Of a stretch of DNA of 64,000 bases, positions 18,121 through 28,788 are shown in pieces. The DNA is from Candidatus Aminicenantes bacterium (lineage in GTDB: Bacteria; Acidobacteriota; Aminicenantia; Aminicenantales; JAFGBC01), in NCBI GenBank assembly GCA_963702005.1, contig OY969696.1, positions 1,536,001 through 1,600,000 on the forward strand. The letters are read 5' to 3'. The notes under the pieces were generated by a model that made no database searches, had not been told where the DNA came from, and was given only the letters and a program-made list of their open reading frames with translations. How positions within the stretch are numbered: position 1 is the first letter of the stretch; each line of letters begins with the position of its first letter. The position numbers were made by a program, and so were the translations under genes.

Positions 18121-20311
18121 ATGGGTCTATTCAAAAGAAAGGGAATACAGCTTTTTGAAGAACCTGAAGAATCCGCCCTGCCCGAGCAGAAAGTCGAAAA
18201 CAAACCCGTTGAAGAAGAATCCATAACTCAGACCGAAGTTAAGCCCGATAAGGAACCAGAAAAAACTCTTGATCTCGGCTGGTATTATTCCGATAACAAA
18301 GAAGAATTTCAGATTGCGAAAATCGCGGAAAAAGACCGAGCCACGCATTTATACGTTGTCGGAGCTACGGGAACGGGCAAGACGAAATTTCTCGAATACC
18401 TGATTAGCCAGGATATCGAGAAAGGAAACGGCTTCGGGGTCATTGATCCGCATGGCGATTTAATCGAAGACGTTAAAGGCTTTTTGATCCTGCAATACAA
18501 TCCGGACGATCCGGAGATAACGGACAAGGTTATTCTTATCGATCCGACAGATCCGATTTTCACCGTGACATTCAATCCTTTGGAGAAAATGCTTGGCGTC
18601 CCTCTTGCGGAACAGGCAAATGAACTTATCTGCGCTTTCCGAAAAATCTGGTCCGACTTCCTGGGGCGTAAGGATGGAAGACCTGATGCGGAATTCTCTG
18701 ATTGCTCTGGGAGAGGCCGGGTTGACATTAATCGAGCTTCCGGCGTTCCTGAGCGATCGGGCTGTTCGGCAGGGCGTCTTGGAGAAAATCACGCATCCTT
18801 TAGCCAGAGAGTATTTCCGAAGGTTTGATACCGTGACCGACCGGGGCCAGATCACCTGGATCGAGCCGGTAATGAATAAAATCAATGCCTTTTTCTCAGA
18901 TGAGAGAATTAGGCATATTTTTTCCTCCGCGAAAAGCTCTTTCAACCTTAGAGAGATCATGGATTCACAAAAAATCCTACTGATCAAGCTCGATAAGGGA
19001 AAATTGAAGGATTCGGCCGACCTTCTCGGCTCGCTTCTCATGGCCCAAATCCAGATGGCCGCGTTCTCAAGATCAGACGTTCCCCAGGGCAAACGAACTA
19101 CGTTTTATTTGTATATCGACGAATTCCAGAATTTTGCCAGCGAATCGTTCTCCGTAGTATTGTCCGAAGCCCGCAAGTACGGGCTTTCTTTAATCATGGC
19201 TCATCAGACGCTCGCTCAGGTTCCCGAAGAATTAAGAAGCTTGATCTTGGGGAATGCCGGAATCCAAGTCTATTTCCGGCTTAATCGCCACGATGCCTCG
19301 ATTCTCGCCAAAGAAGCTTTCGAGTATTCGGGATTCGAAGTGAAGAACGTCAGCGGGTTCAAGCCTCGATACTGGAGTCTTGGCGAAGAATGGGAGCAGC
19401 ATACTAAAGACCTTCAGACCTTAGAGCCGAGAATCTGCTATGTGAAGCATAAAGTCGAAGGCGGAGTGATTCCCGTCCAGACGGCCTATATCGAAACTGC
19501 CCAGGAGGTTTTCGTCGAATTATTAGGGCGGGCTGAAGATGAGTATCTCAAATGGTTTGGAACGATTCCTTTTGGCCGGAAATACCTCGTGGAGCGGGGA
19601 AAACTTGATGCCGAAAGCAGAGCGAGAGAAGCGGAGGTTCAAGGGAAAGCCAAGCCGTACCAGAAAGAGACGCCGTACCGAAAAGAACCAGCACCGGCAA
19701 AGCCTGTGCCGAAAGCAGAATTACCGGCCGGAGGAAGGGTAATTGACGTAGAATCCATCGTAGTTCTGCCTAAAATAGAACTCCCGCCCCCAAAGGATAA
19801 AGCCGTATCTCAGCATCGGTATCTTCAAAATCTCATTAAGAAGATAGCGGAGGATAAAGGATACAAAGCGTCTATTGAGCAAACGATTCTTAACGGCGCA
19901 GGGAAGATTGACGTAAGCTTAGAAAAAATGGGGAAGAAAATCGCTTGTGAAATATCTATTACTACAAGCGGCGATCAGGAGCTAAAGAATATCGATAAAT
20001 GCCTTTCCGCTGGATATAAACAAGTGGTTCTTTGCTCGCCCGACCAAAAGACATTAGAGAATGTGCGAACCTTGGCTTCTCAGAAGCTGGGTCAAACTGA
20101 TCTGCTAAAAGTATTATTTTTCAAGCCCGAAGATCTCTTTTATTATTTAGAAAAAGAAGCGGCAGCCGAAGCATCGAAGGAAGCGCGGGTGAAAGGATAT
20201 AAGGTCAAAGTTCAGTATCAGCCCGTTAAAGAATCCGAGAAGAAAGCCAAGCGAGAAGCCGTGGCCCAGGTCATCCTTCAGGCGATGAAGAGGATGAGGG
20301 ACAAAAAATGA
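18121..20311 (+). pseudogene. VirD4/TraD/TrwB-like coupling ATPase with a single frameshift near 18658; C-terminal PD-(D/E)XK-like domain
   Basis: HLYVVGATGTGKT (Walker A), IDPHGDL and FNPL in the first frame; SWGVRMEDLMRNSL, LYIDEFQNF (Walker B), SEARKYGLSLIMAHQ and ILGN in the second; removing one T in GACTTCCTGG joins them. Confidence 0.85.
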
Positions 20312-20475
20312 CTATTGCTGCAAAAATTCAAAATATGGTTTGTGAAATCGTCGAATCGAAAATATATTTTCTATTTCCCCCTAGTAAGACGACTAAATAT
20401 ATAAAAGGGAGAAATATATAAAATTGGAATATGGTTAGAAATCGCACATTATTATAGCAAAAAGGAGGTAAGACA

Positions 20476-20763
20476 ATGGCAACTCTCCACGAGGTGAAAT
20501 GCGTGAACAAGAGTGATAGGGATAATCCGCATGAGCGGATTCTCTCTATTGGCGGGCTTAATAGTGACGGAACCAGATGGAAATTAAAACAAGAGGAGGC
20601 TATTAAGGGAATTGAAGAAGGGAAATGGTCATTTTACGTCACCAAGAACGGGAAGACGGTCAAAGTCATAGTTGCTACAAGTAGGTTTGGACATAAGTAT
20701 TTAAAAACCGAAGCTGATGGAGAACAGCCGAATAACCTGCTAAGTCTTCCTGAATGTCTTTAA
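20476..20763 (+). CDS. DUF3892 domain protein
   Basis: NPHERILSIGG...EEAIKGIEEG...FYV...KYLKTEADG...NNLLSLPEC; AGGAGG RBS. Confidence 0.85.
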   Translation: MATLHEVKCVNKSDRDNPHERILSIGGLNSDGTRWKLKQEEAIKGIEEGKWSFYVTKNGKTVKVIVATSRFGHKYLKTEADGEQPNNLLSLPECL

Positions 20764-21046
20764 TTAGCAGTTTAATCTATGAGTGTCCAACATATGATTA
20801 TATCGGCAAAGCTAAATGAGATATAAAACTACATGAAATATGTAATCACGTGCAACCTGAGAATAGCTGATTAACTTTTTTACCTAAAATGTCGAAATTC
20901 ATCGTTAAAGGCTATCCAGCGCCAGGAGGCGGGGCTAAGCAGCGATTAATTTGGACGAAAAATGTCCACTCACTGAATTAAAGCCAAGAAAGAAGATAGT
21001 TATATCGCAAAAATGAATTCATAGTCCATAGATTTGAGGAGGGGGA

Positions 21047-22942
21047 ATGAGCCATATTGCTTCAAAGGAAAGTAAGTTAGAAAAAATACTGAATTACTTA
21101 CTCGAAGGTTTCCAGATTATTAGATTTGACTGGCGCTATTTATATGTCAATGATGCCGTTGCCAGGCAGGGGCGTATGACAAAGGAAAGACTGCTGGGCA
21201 AAACAATGATGGAAGCATATCCGGGAATAGATAAAACGCACATGTTCAGTGTGCTCAGAAGATGCATGGAAGAACGGACTTCAGCTTTTTTAGAAAATGA
21301 ATTCACTTTTCCAGACGGCTCTAAAGGTTGGTTTGAACTCAGAATGGAGCCCGTGCCAGAAGGTATTTCTATACTCTCTATTGAGATTAGTGAACGCAAG
21401 AAAGCGCTGGAAAGAAACGAGGAAATCGGCGAGCGATACCAAACGCTATTTGGCCGTTCAATGGACTGTGTCTATCTTCACGATTTCGAAGGAAGATTTA
21501 TCGATGCCAATCGTGCTGCTTTAGATCTCTTGGGCTACAGTATTGGGGAGTTTACATCTCTTAATTTTGCGTCTTTATTGACTCCAGACCAAATTCCAAC
21601 GGCACTTAAAGCCATAGAAGAAATTAAGAGAATTGGTTTCCAGAAAGATGTATCTGAATTTAGATTAACTAAAAAGAATGGCGAAAACATTTTTGTAGAG
21701 ACTAATGGATCTCTTATATATCGTGAGGGTCAACCTTATGCCATCCAAGGAATCGCCAGAGATATCACCAGCAGAAAGAAGATGGAAGATGAGTTAAGAA
21801 GGGTCAATCGTGCGCTCAAGACACTCAGTAAGTGTAACGATTCTGTAATCCGTGCTACAGATGAGAAATGTCTGCTGCAGAGCATCTGTAGAGATATTGT
21901 CGATATCGGAGGATATCGTTTAGCCTGGGTCGGATTCGCTGAACACGATGAAAAGAAATCTGTTCGGCCCATAGCTCAAGTCGGATATGAAGAAGGATAT
22001 ATCGAAACTTTGAACATCACGTGGGCAGATACAGAGCGGGGTCGAGGCCCGACCGGCAGGGCTATAAGAAAAGGCAAGCCTTCCATTGCCAGAAGAATCT
22101 TAACCGATCCCGATTTTGAGCCATGGAGAAAAGAAGCAGCAAAGCGGGGATATGCCTCATCTATCTCTCTTCCTTTATTCGCCAATGGCCTGTGCTTTGG
22201 AGCATTGAATATTTACTCTGTCGAACCGGATGCCTTTGACGATGAGGAAGAAAAGCTTCTTATAGACCTGGCGGATGATTTGGCCTATGGCATTGTTACG
22301 CTCCGCATGCGGGCTGAAGGAAAACGGGCAGAAGAAGAACTAAAGCATACGCTCGAAATGCTACGAAAAACTCACGGAGCGACTATTCAAGCCATCAATA
22401 GGATAGTTGAAAACAGAGATCCCTACACAGCCGGCCATCAAAGACGCGTCGCCGATCTTGCCCGGGCCATCGCCACTGAAATGAATTTATCAAGGCATAC
22501 CATCGATGGAATACGCGTTGCTGCCCAACTTCATGATCTAGGAAAAATATCTGTTCCATCCGAAATTCTCAGTAAGACGGGCAAGCTAACTGAAGCTGAA
22601 TATAGCTTGATAAAAAATCACCCCAAAGTTGCTTATGAAATATTGAGGACCATTGAATTCCCCTGGCCGATCGCTGATATTATTCTGCAGCATCATGAAA
22701 GAATGGATGGTTCAGGATACCCCCTGAGCTTAGCTGGTAATGATATATTAATAGAGGCAAGAATAATCGGGGTGGCTGATGTTGTTGAAGCAATGGTTTC
22801 TCACCGTCCCTATAGACCCGCCCTTCAATTAGAGGATGCTCTTAATGAAATATCTCAGAAGAGCGGCGTATTATATGATCCGAACGTGGCAGACGCTTGT
22901 ATAAGGCTTTTAAAAGAAAAAGATTTTCATTTCAGGGCATAA
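21047..22942 (+). CDS. PAS-PAS-GAF-HD-GYP phosphodiesterase
   Basis: Two PAS domains, a GAF domain (GRGPTGRAIR), DPYTAGHQRRV, HDLGKI, HHERMDGSGYP. Confidence 0.93.
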   Translation: MSHIASKESKLEKILNYLLEGFQIIRFDWRYLYVNDAVARQGRMTKERLLGKTMMEAYPGIDKTHMFSVLRRCMEERTSAFLENEFTFPDGSKGWFELRMEPVPEGISILSIEISERKKALERNEEIGERYQTLFGRSMDCVYLHDFEGRFIDANRAALDLLGYSIGEFTSLNFASLLTPDQIPTALKAIEEIKRIGFQKDVSEFRLTKKNGENIFVETNGSLIYREGQPYAIQGIARDITSRKKMEDELRRVNRALKTLSKCNDSVIRATDEKCLLQSICRDIVDIGGYRLAWVGFAEHDEKKSVRPIAQVGYEEGYIETLNITWADTERGRGPTGRAIRKGKPSIARRILTDPDFEPWRKEAAKRGYASSISLPLFANGLCFGALNIYSVEPDAFDDEEEKLLIDLADDLAYGIVTLRMRAEGKRAEEELKHTLEMLRKTHGATIQAINRIVENRDPYTAGHQRRVADLARAIATEMNLSRHTIDGIRVAAQLHDLGKISVPSEILSKTGKLTEAEYSLIKNHPKVAYEILRTIEFPWPIADIILQHHERMDGSGYPLSLAGNDILIEARIIGVADVVEAMVSHRPYRPALQLEDALNEISQKSGVLYDPNVADACIRLLKEKDFHFRA

Positions 22943-23012
22943 TGATGAGCTGCGATATATGAGAGCTACAATTGCAAGTGTTAAACAAAGTTCGCGGCAC
23001 AAATTAAATAGA

Positions 23013-23262
23013 CTATTTTAAAGATGTCATAAAAAAAGTAATTGTATCTGAAGGCTTCTTCGCAGGCTTATGTAAGTTTCTCTCCCACCCCGCAAGTGTC
23101 GTTGGATCAACTCCCAATTGCTCCGCCATCTTTTTCTGTGTCAGCCCGTGAACCCGCCGATATTCACGAATCCTTTCTCTTAAATTATCTGTCTTTATTT
23201 CGAACGGATCACGTCCCAGAGATTCGATTATTTCCGGAATTTGAGCCAAAGAGGCTTGAACT
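23013..23262 (-). pseudogene. XRE double-HTH repeat, copy A (5' truncated)
   Basis: SLAQIPEIIESLGRDPFE...IREYRRVHGLTQKKMAEQLGVDPTTLAGWER matches the intact copy at 28789-29232. Confidence 0.85.
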
Positions 23263-23524
23263 GTTTGCATGGTTTGAGGCAAATTGGGAGCACATAAAGG
23301 ACATAGTGGAGCGAACGGTTTTGATTTGGCTGCGTCCCTGGAACGTCCCCGGAATTCTGGGATCCCAGGTCGTTCTCTGCGCACAAAGGTGCCGGCTGTT
23401 AGCAAAAGGGGGGTTTTGATGGGAACCATCAAGGTGGGGGCTTTCTCCAACCGGCGAAAGAAAGCCATAAATATTATATCACAAGTCCGCGTGAAGAGGG
23501 TGAAGTCCGAGCCTCATCACGTGT

Positions 23525-23750
23525 CTATTCTTCAGGCGAAGAAAGATAGGTTTCGAGCTTTTCAAATAGCCTATTCGTGGGCCGATGCTCCCCTCTCTCC
23601 CACCCTGCCAGAGTTGTCTGATCGACCCCCAACTGTTCAGCCAACATCTTCTGGGTCAGCACATGAACCCGCCGGTATTCTCGAATCCTTTCTCCCAGAT
23701 TCTCTGTTTCTTTCTCAAAAGGGTCGCGGCCCAGAAACTCGGTGATCTTG
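23525..23750 (-). pseudogene. XRE double-HTH repeat, copy B (5' truncated)
   Basis: KITEFLGRDPFEKETENLGERIREYRRVH.LTQKMLAEQLGVDQTTLAGWERGEHRP. Confidence 0.85.
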
Positions 23751-23779
23751 GTGACGCTGAGGTCCACAAGTGATCACGG

Positions 23780-23910
23780 GAGAGTCGTTCTTCCCAAAGG
23801 GTCTTACGATAGCGGGCGTTTTACGTAGTGATGCAAACAACGGTGAAGAACCGGCTCCAGGCGTTTTTGGCCCAGCAGGGGGAAGAGATACGCTCAGAGG
23901 TATCGCGGGT
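23780..23910 (+). mobile_element. Probable IS110-family transposase fragment
   Basis: RVLR*RAFYVVMQTTVKNRLQAFLAQ resembles the IS110 LRxR..LV...T..KNR helix; in-frame stop. Confidence 0.5.
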
Positions 23911-24005
23911 GGAGAACCTTCCCGCCCCTCAGACATACGACATATTCCCGCTGACCTCCAAAAACATCATGGCGGAATGGAGGGCAGACCAGGAGAGCGA
24001 TCGTT

Positions 24006-25382
24006 TTATACGTTCTTTATCCTGAGCTTTGAAACCTTGCTTTCATTGAGAACAATGGGTATTCCTTTTATCCTTCCATTTCGCTCAATGGTCACATCAA
24101 CTTTTTTGCCCCATTTGCCATTCATAATGTCTTGCCTGATTTTGTTAAACTCAGGGATGCTCTTGATGGTCTCTTTTCCCACCTTAATGACCCGATCATT
24201 AACTAATAAACCGGCGTTTTGAGCGCTTGAACCATAAGATATCCAATTCACATAAAACTTCCCTTCCTTTTCGTAAAGATCAAATGAAAAATCTAGGACG
24301 ATCTCTTCAAATGGTTCCAATTGATCAAGCAGGGAAAGAATTTCGGGGAAAAAGGATTCATAGGTGGGGAATTTCGACCTATTCTTTTCGTAATCACCCA
24401 ATTTTTCGTAGATAAAAGGGATGAGCAGAAAGGGAGTGTGTCCTCCCTCCCACTTGTCTTTGGGTGTCTGTCTCGTGACGTATTTATAGATTCTTGTCGT
24501 TGCCGCTCTGACAATATTCTCATTCAGACAGCTTCCCCATGTGGGATAATAAAGCTTCGTCATCACGTCATCTTGGTTTAACGTTTTGAATAGCCATTCT
24601 CTCTTGGCCACTTCAGATTGAAATTTGGCGGTGACGGGGTTGACGAACGAATGGCCAAATTCGTGGATGGCTCCACCGATCAAATCCTTGCCACTCGTCT
24701 GGTCATAGCTGGCTGAATCCGGGGGGACAGGCGTCGGGCTGATGACAGAATATCTGACCTTATGTTCTTCAAGTTCAGGGGACCCAAACAAGAATCCGGC
24801 TGGAGTGAGGAACGAGACATAGATATTAAATCTAAATTCTGGCTTAGATTGACCAAAATAATCTTCAAGGGGCTTTCTTACCGAAATTTGAGCAATCTCT
24901 TGATTAAACCTTTCAGCTACTCTCGCGTACTCATTGACGTGTTCTTCCCAGAATTTTTCAAAATGCGTGTCTTGATAAAAGTCTTTCACCGCCTTGGCAA
25001 AGTCCTCCAGAATCTTAGAATTACCAATTTCCAGGCCAATGTTCTGCGGAAATTTGCTGACGGTGAGGTCAGAAATGCTCCGGAACGAAAGGGCAAGGCC
25101 AGGGAAACGATCCAAGAAAATGTGATCGAGAATTTCGTCGGCTATCTGAACGGCTTTGTGATTTTTGTAGGATTCAAAGTATTCTAGGGCACTCCTTCGG
25201 ATAGGATGGACAAATTGGGCTTGTTGGGAACTGCCGTGGGGAGTCAGAATTCCAATACAGGTGAGCAATTCTATGCGTTCATCAAAGCTCACCACCACTT
25301 CATTTTGGGAATGGCCAGAGATCGTCATGAAAAATATCAGGAATACTAGAAGAGTTAAAATATGCTTGCTTTGCTTTTTCAT
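24006..25382 (-). CDS. Secreted DUF4932-like metallopeptidase with C-terminal PDZ domain
   Basis: Signal peptide, DERIELL, FYQDTHFEKFW, HEFGHSFVNP, NENIVRA; PDZ motif GSSAQNAGLLVNDRVIKV. Confidence 0.8.
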   Translation of the reverse strand: MKKQSKHILTLLVFLIFFMTISGHSQNEVVVSFDERIELLTCIGILTPHGSSQQAQFVHPIRRSALEYFESYKNHKAVQIADEILDHIFLDRFPGLALSFRSISDLTVSKFPQNIGLEIGNSKILEDFAKAVKDFYQDTHFEKFWEEHVNEYARVAERFNQEIAQISVRKPLEDYFGQSKPEFRFNIYVSFLTPAGFLFGSPELEEHKVRYSVISPTPVPPDSASYDQTSGKDLIGGAIHEFGHSFVNPVTAKFQSEVAKREWLFKTLNQDDVMTKLYYPTWGSCLNENIVRAATTRIYKYVTRQTPKDKWEGGHTPFLLIPFIYEKLGDYEKNRSKFPTYESFFPEILSLLDQLEPFEEIVLDFSFDLYEKEGKFYVNWISYGSSAQNAGLLVNDRVIKVGKETIKSIPEFNKIRQDIMNGKWGKKVDVTIERNGRIKGIPIVLNESKVSKLRIKNV

Positions 25383-25505
25383 CCACTCAATATATTATTT
25401 TATATCATAATGATATTTAAAAGCATTATATTATTAGTATAAAATAATACCTCCAGGCAGTGTCAACTCTTATTCGCAATTTCGGGGGCCGAGGAGCCAA
25501 AAAGG

Positions 25506-25714
25506 TTAGTGAAAATAAGCAAGTAATTTGGCCAAATTATCAACAAGTTTCTTCGAGGGCTGATGTTCTCCTCTTTTCCACCCCGCTAGGGTCGATTCCG
25601 ATTTGCTCGGCAAATATTTTTTGCGATACCCCATGAACCCGTTGATAATCCCGAATCGTATCTCGTAGGCTTCTTGAAGTGACCTCAGACGGATCGCGGC
25701 TCAGGAATTCGATC
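25506..25714 (-). pseudogene. XRE double-HTH repeat, copy C (degenerate; not in the ORF track)
   Basis: IEFLSRDPSE...IRDYQRVHGVSQKIFAEQIGIDP / LAGWKRGEHQPSKKL, with a small deletion frameshift. Confidence 0.75.
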
Positions 25715-25943
25715 ATAAGGCAATGATTCCTTAGCTCGATTTATTTCTTATAGATGCATCTCTGGTGTGGACCTCCTTGATCTAAATGCAAGCTATTAGG
25801 TAACTTTTTTCTTATAAAAAGAGTCTTATAAAGGAGAAGATATTATTAGGAGTCACGCAATGCGAACCAGGCCGCTCATTTCTATATTGTTTATTTTTCC
25901 TGGGGTGGAAAATATAGGCCCGATAAAGCAATTGCATTCCATA

Positions 25944-27848
25944 ATGAGGCGAATTCTCATTTCTATCATGCTTTTAATATCCAGTTTAAATAACCCAGGT
26001 ATTTGCAAAGATCAAAAACCGTGTTCGATAAAATCTCATAATCTTAAGATAGAGTTTAACTCCGATATTCATGAGATGAGAGTAGTCGATAAAATCTTTT
26101 TATCTGAAAATTGGAATAAGAATTCTCCTTTCCTAGCTAAAATTGACTCTCTCTTCTTGATTTCCAGCATTTGTTCACAAGAAGGAAGGCCCGTGGCCTA
26201 TAAATATCAAGACGGCAAACTTGAAATACCGAGTCTGGCTGGAATGGAGAGCTTCACTGTCGAATATTCGGGCGTTCTTAATACGGATTTGAGAAGCGAT
26301 CCCTTTGCCAAAGTGGCTGGTTCATTTTATCTTCTGAAGGAGCTCGATTGGATTTTTACTCCTGCGGGCACTGAAGCAGAAAAGGCCGTTATGGAGTATC
26401 GTATTCCTAAGGAATTTGACATCATCACAGAAGGTCACCCGGTCAGTGAAAGGGTCATAGGCGACAAAAAAATAAGCGTCTGGGAAGTGGATGGGTGCGA
26501 ATCGTGGTTGTACTGCATGATAGGCAAATGGCATAAGACGAACAGGAAAGTCGGTCAATCTGAAGTTAGAGTCTGGCTGGCCTCCCATAAACCGGAATTG
26601 GCGGAAAAGCTTGTTGAAACAATAGAGAAAATCTTCTGTTTCTATTCAGAGATCTACACTGCTTATCCGCGTCCCGACTTTACTTACCTGGAATTTCCAA
26701 ACGATTATGCGGCCTGGAATGGCTATCTGAAAGTGGTTTTTATGCGCGAATCCGCAACTTGGGGAATTCCAGACGATATTGAATTTGTGGCCCACGAGAT
26801 AGCTCATAACTGGTGGCCCAACTACATCGGTTTGAAAAGGGATGAAGAACTCGACCTTGATGGCGAAGCGTTTTGTGACTTTTCTGCCGCGCTGGCCAAT
26901 GAATTTCTGTTCGGCTCAGTAAAAAAGCAGGAACGTGCAAAAGAATTGGTATGGTTCATGGCCTATCCAGAAGAGAAATATCGAAAAGGCAAGTTTCTTC
27001 TGCACAATCTTAGACTGATTTATGGGGATAAACTATTTTTCAAGTGGGTTAAAGACTTTTCTGAAAGATATAAAGGAAGAAGAACAAGCACAGAGGATTT
27101 CTTTGCTATGGCTCCTCGGAAAGAAGGATTTGATTTGAATGGATTCCTGGCAACTTGGAAGGAGGTTAAGATCCTTCCTGTTTTCGAGCTACAATATGAT
27201 AAAAAGAAAATGAAATCGGGAAACCGGTATGAGATAACGATAAGTATTCATCAACAGCCGAATCCGCCGATTATTGGGTGGCATATCCCCGTTCTTGTTC
27301 GCTCAAAAGACACGGAAGTTCAGAAACTCGTGGAATTAACTGGGGAAGTTACAAAAAGTCGCTTGGAGACGGAGTTTGAACCTGAAGAGGTTTTGCTCGA
27401 TCCAAATTATATAATTCCCAGGCGAGTGCCAGAATTTCAAAAGTATGCCGAAGCCCTGATTTTAATAGACGCCAAGGCATTCCCGCTTATCTTCAAGAAG
27501 AATTTTCAAGACTGCCTCCCCTTTCTATTTCAGGCCCTGGAACTGGACACGGAAAATGCCGAAACACACTACCTCATCGGGAGGGCATACAAGAATCTTA
27601 ATCAGCCAGACAAGGCAAAAGAGTTTTTTTCCACGGCGACTGCCAAAATCCTTGGCTGGTATATGGGGAATCGTTACACGACGGACCAGCTCCATGTTTA
27701 TTCTCTTTGGGAATTGGCCCAGATCTTTCTCAAAGAAGGGAATTATGCTTTAGCTCGGAAAAACCTCGAAGCGATATTAATAAAGCCCGACATTGAAGGT
27801 TATCACGCAAAAGCATCAGATGAGCTAAAGAAGATCAAGAATATCTAA
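25944..27848 (+). CDS. Secreted M1-family (gluzincin) aminopeptidase-like protein with C-terminal TPR
   Basis: HEIAHNWW plus downstream EAF, KGKFLLHNLRLIYGD, LDP.Y.I, TPR helices; start chosen at the signal peptide MRRILIS. Confidence 0.82.
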   Translation: MRRILISIMLLISSLNNPGICKDQKPCSIKSHNLKIEFNSDIHEMRVVDKIFLSENWNKNSPFLAKIDSLFLISSICSQEGRPVAYKYQDGKLEIPSLAGMESFTVEYSGVLNTDLRSDPFAKVAGSFYLLKELDWIFTPAGTEAEKAVMEYRIPKEFDIITEGHPVSERVIGDKKISVWEVDGCESWLYCMIGKWHKTNRKVGQSEVRVWLASHKPELAEKLVETIEKIFCFYSEIYTAYPRPDFTYLEFPNDYAAWNGYLKVVFMRESATWGIPDDIEFVAHEIAHNWWPNYIGLKRDEELDLDGEAFCDFSAALANEFLFGSVKKQERAKELVWFMAYPEEKYRKGKFLLHNLRLIYGDKLFFKWVKDFSERYKGRRTSTEDFFAMAPRKEGFDLNGFLATWKEVKILPVFELQYDKKKMKSGNRYEITISIHQQPNPPIIGWHIPVLVRSKDTEVQKLVELTGEVTKSRLETEFEPEEVLLDPNYIIPRRVPEFQKYAEALILIDAKAFPLIFKKNFQDCLPFLFQALELDTENAETHYLIGRAYKNLNQPDKAKEFFSTATAKILGWYMGNRYTTDQLHVYSLWELAQIFLKEGNYALARKNLEAILIKPDIEGYHAKASDELKKIKNI

Positions 27849-27904
27849 TTGTTTGATCCGCTAGCGTATAGCAATGTTTGCTCTAGAGGAGGAGCGATCG
27901 TAGA

Positions 27905-28038
27905 CTCTGGAAACCGGCTTTTTTGTCCTTAAGGCTAAATAGCAGAAAAGCATCACGACCCTGCGAGGAGGTTCTGCGTGCGCCGGGACGATCCGGAAAG
28001 GTCCGGGGCGACTCGCGGACGCGTACTGGCCGCCCGCG
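27905..28038. repeat. Copy D: XRE 5' end / comM junction plus collapsed comM remnant
   Basis: ctggaaaccggctttttt...taaggctaaatagcagaaaagcatcacgaccctgcgaggagg matches 29183-29248; tggccgcccgcgagcgtcagctc matches 29433-29456. Confidence 0.85.
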
Positions 28039-28100
28039 AGCGTCAGCTCCGCCGATTCTGCATGTGATATAATATCTTGGGAAGCGAGTGGGTAGTGGAC

Positions 28101-28643
28101 ATGAGAAAAAGAGGATTGTTTTCAGCCGGCCTCATCCTTTTCCTGTGGGCCGGACTCCTGGCCCCCGCTCCGAACGATTTTCCTAAAAAGACGCCAGGAA
28201 AGGAGCAGCCGCAACGGCCGATATTTTATGCCCTCCAGGTCGTTTGCGAAAAGGACGTCCAAAACTCAAGAGATTCGCTGGGTGCGCCGGATGGCCGCTC
28301 TGCGGAGATCCTTCCGGGCGGCGGGCTCGTCGTGCTCATGGAGAAAAAGCTTTATCCCTTCCCGAGTTCCCCCTCGCCGGAGGGAGAAGGAGGACTGGCG
28401 GAAAGCGGCTCAGTAGTTGGCAAAGGAGGGCCGGACTTCATCCTCGAAGGCTGGTTCCTAGTACAGGATACGCAGGCCAAGCACCGCTATGTCTGGGTGC
28501 CTCTAGGATTGTCGGCGGGCGGCTTTTGCGTCGGGCTTGAAGGCAGTGAGGGTGTGAACATGATCAGGATCACGAACCCAGGCAACAAATCCTTGTTTGT
28601 GGACGCCGTAGTCGGACGCGGCAGGGAAACACAAGGAAGATAG
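28101..28643 (+). CDS. Secreted hypothetical protein
   Basis: Signal peptide MRKRGLFSAGLILFLWAG; LGAPDGRSAEI and VDAV beta-rich motifs. Confidence 0.65.
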   Translation: MRKRGLFSAGLILFLWAGLLAPAPNDFPKKTPGKEQPQRPIFYALQVVCEKDVQNSRDSLGAPDGRSAEILPGGGLVVLMEKKLYPFPSSPSPEGEGGLAESGSVVGKGGPDFILEGWFLVQDTQAKHRYVWVPLGLSAGGFCVGLEGSEGVNMIRITNPGNKSLFVDAVVGRGRETQGR

Positions 28644-28788
28644 AAGGCACTAGCCGCCCTTGCCAGCGGCACCCTTGACTTTCCCGCGCTCGAGGATGCC
28701 AAGAAGAAGCTGGCGGCGCTGAAGTGAATGTGATTTCTTCATAGGGACTTATAGCCGCATCGAGATTATCTACCATCCCAAGCCTCGA

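Noticed and set aside
23265-23340. Minus-strand KSKPFAPLCPLC segment as a remnant LSR C-terminus/att
   Set aside because: The resemblance is too short to support without a search.
23013-23468. 151-aa ORF as a real gene
   Set aside because: It is a chimera: only the C-terminal ~83 aa match the XRE repeat and the N-terminus is unrelated read-through.
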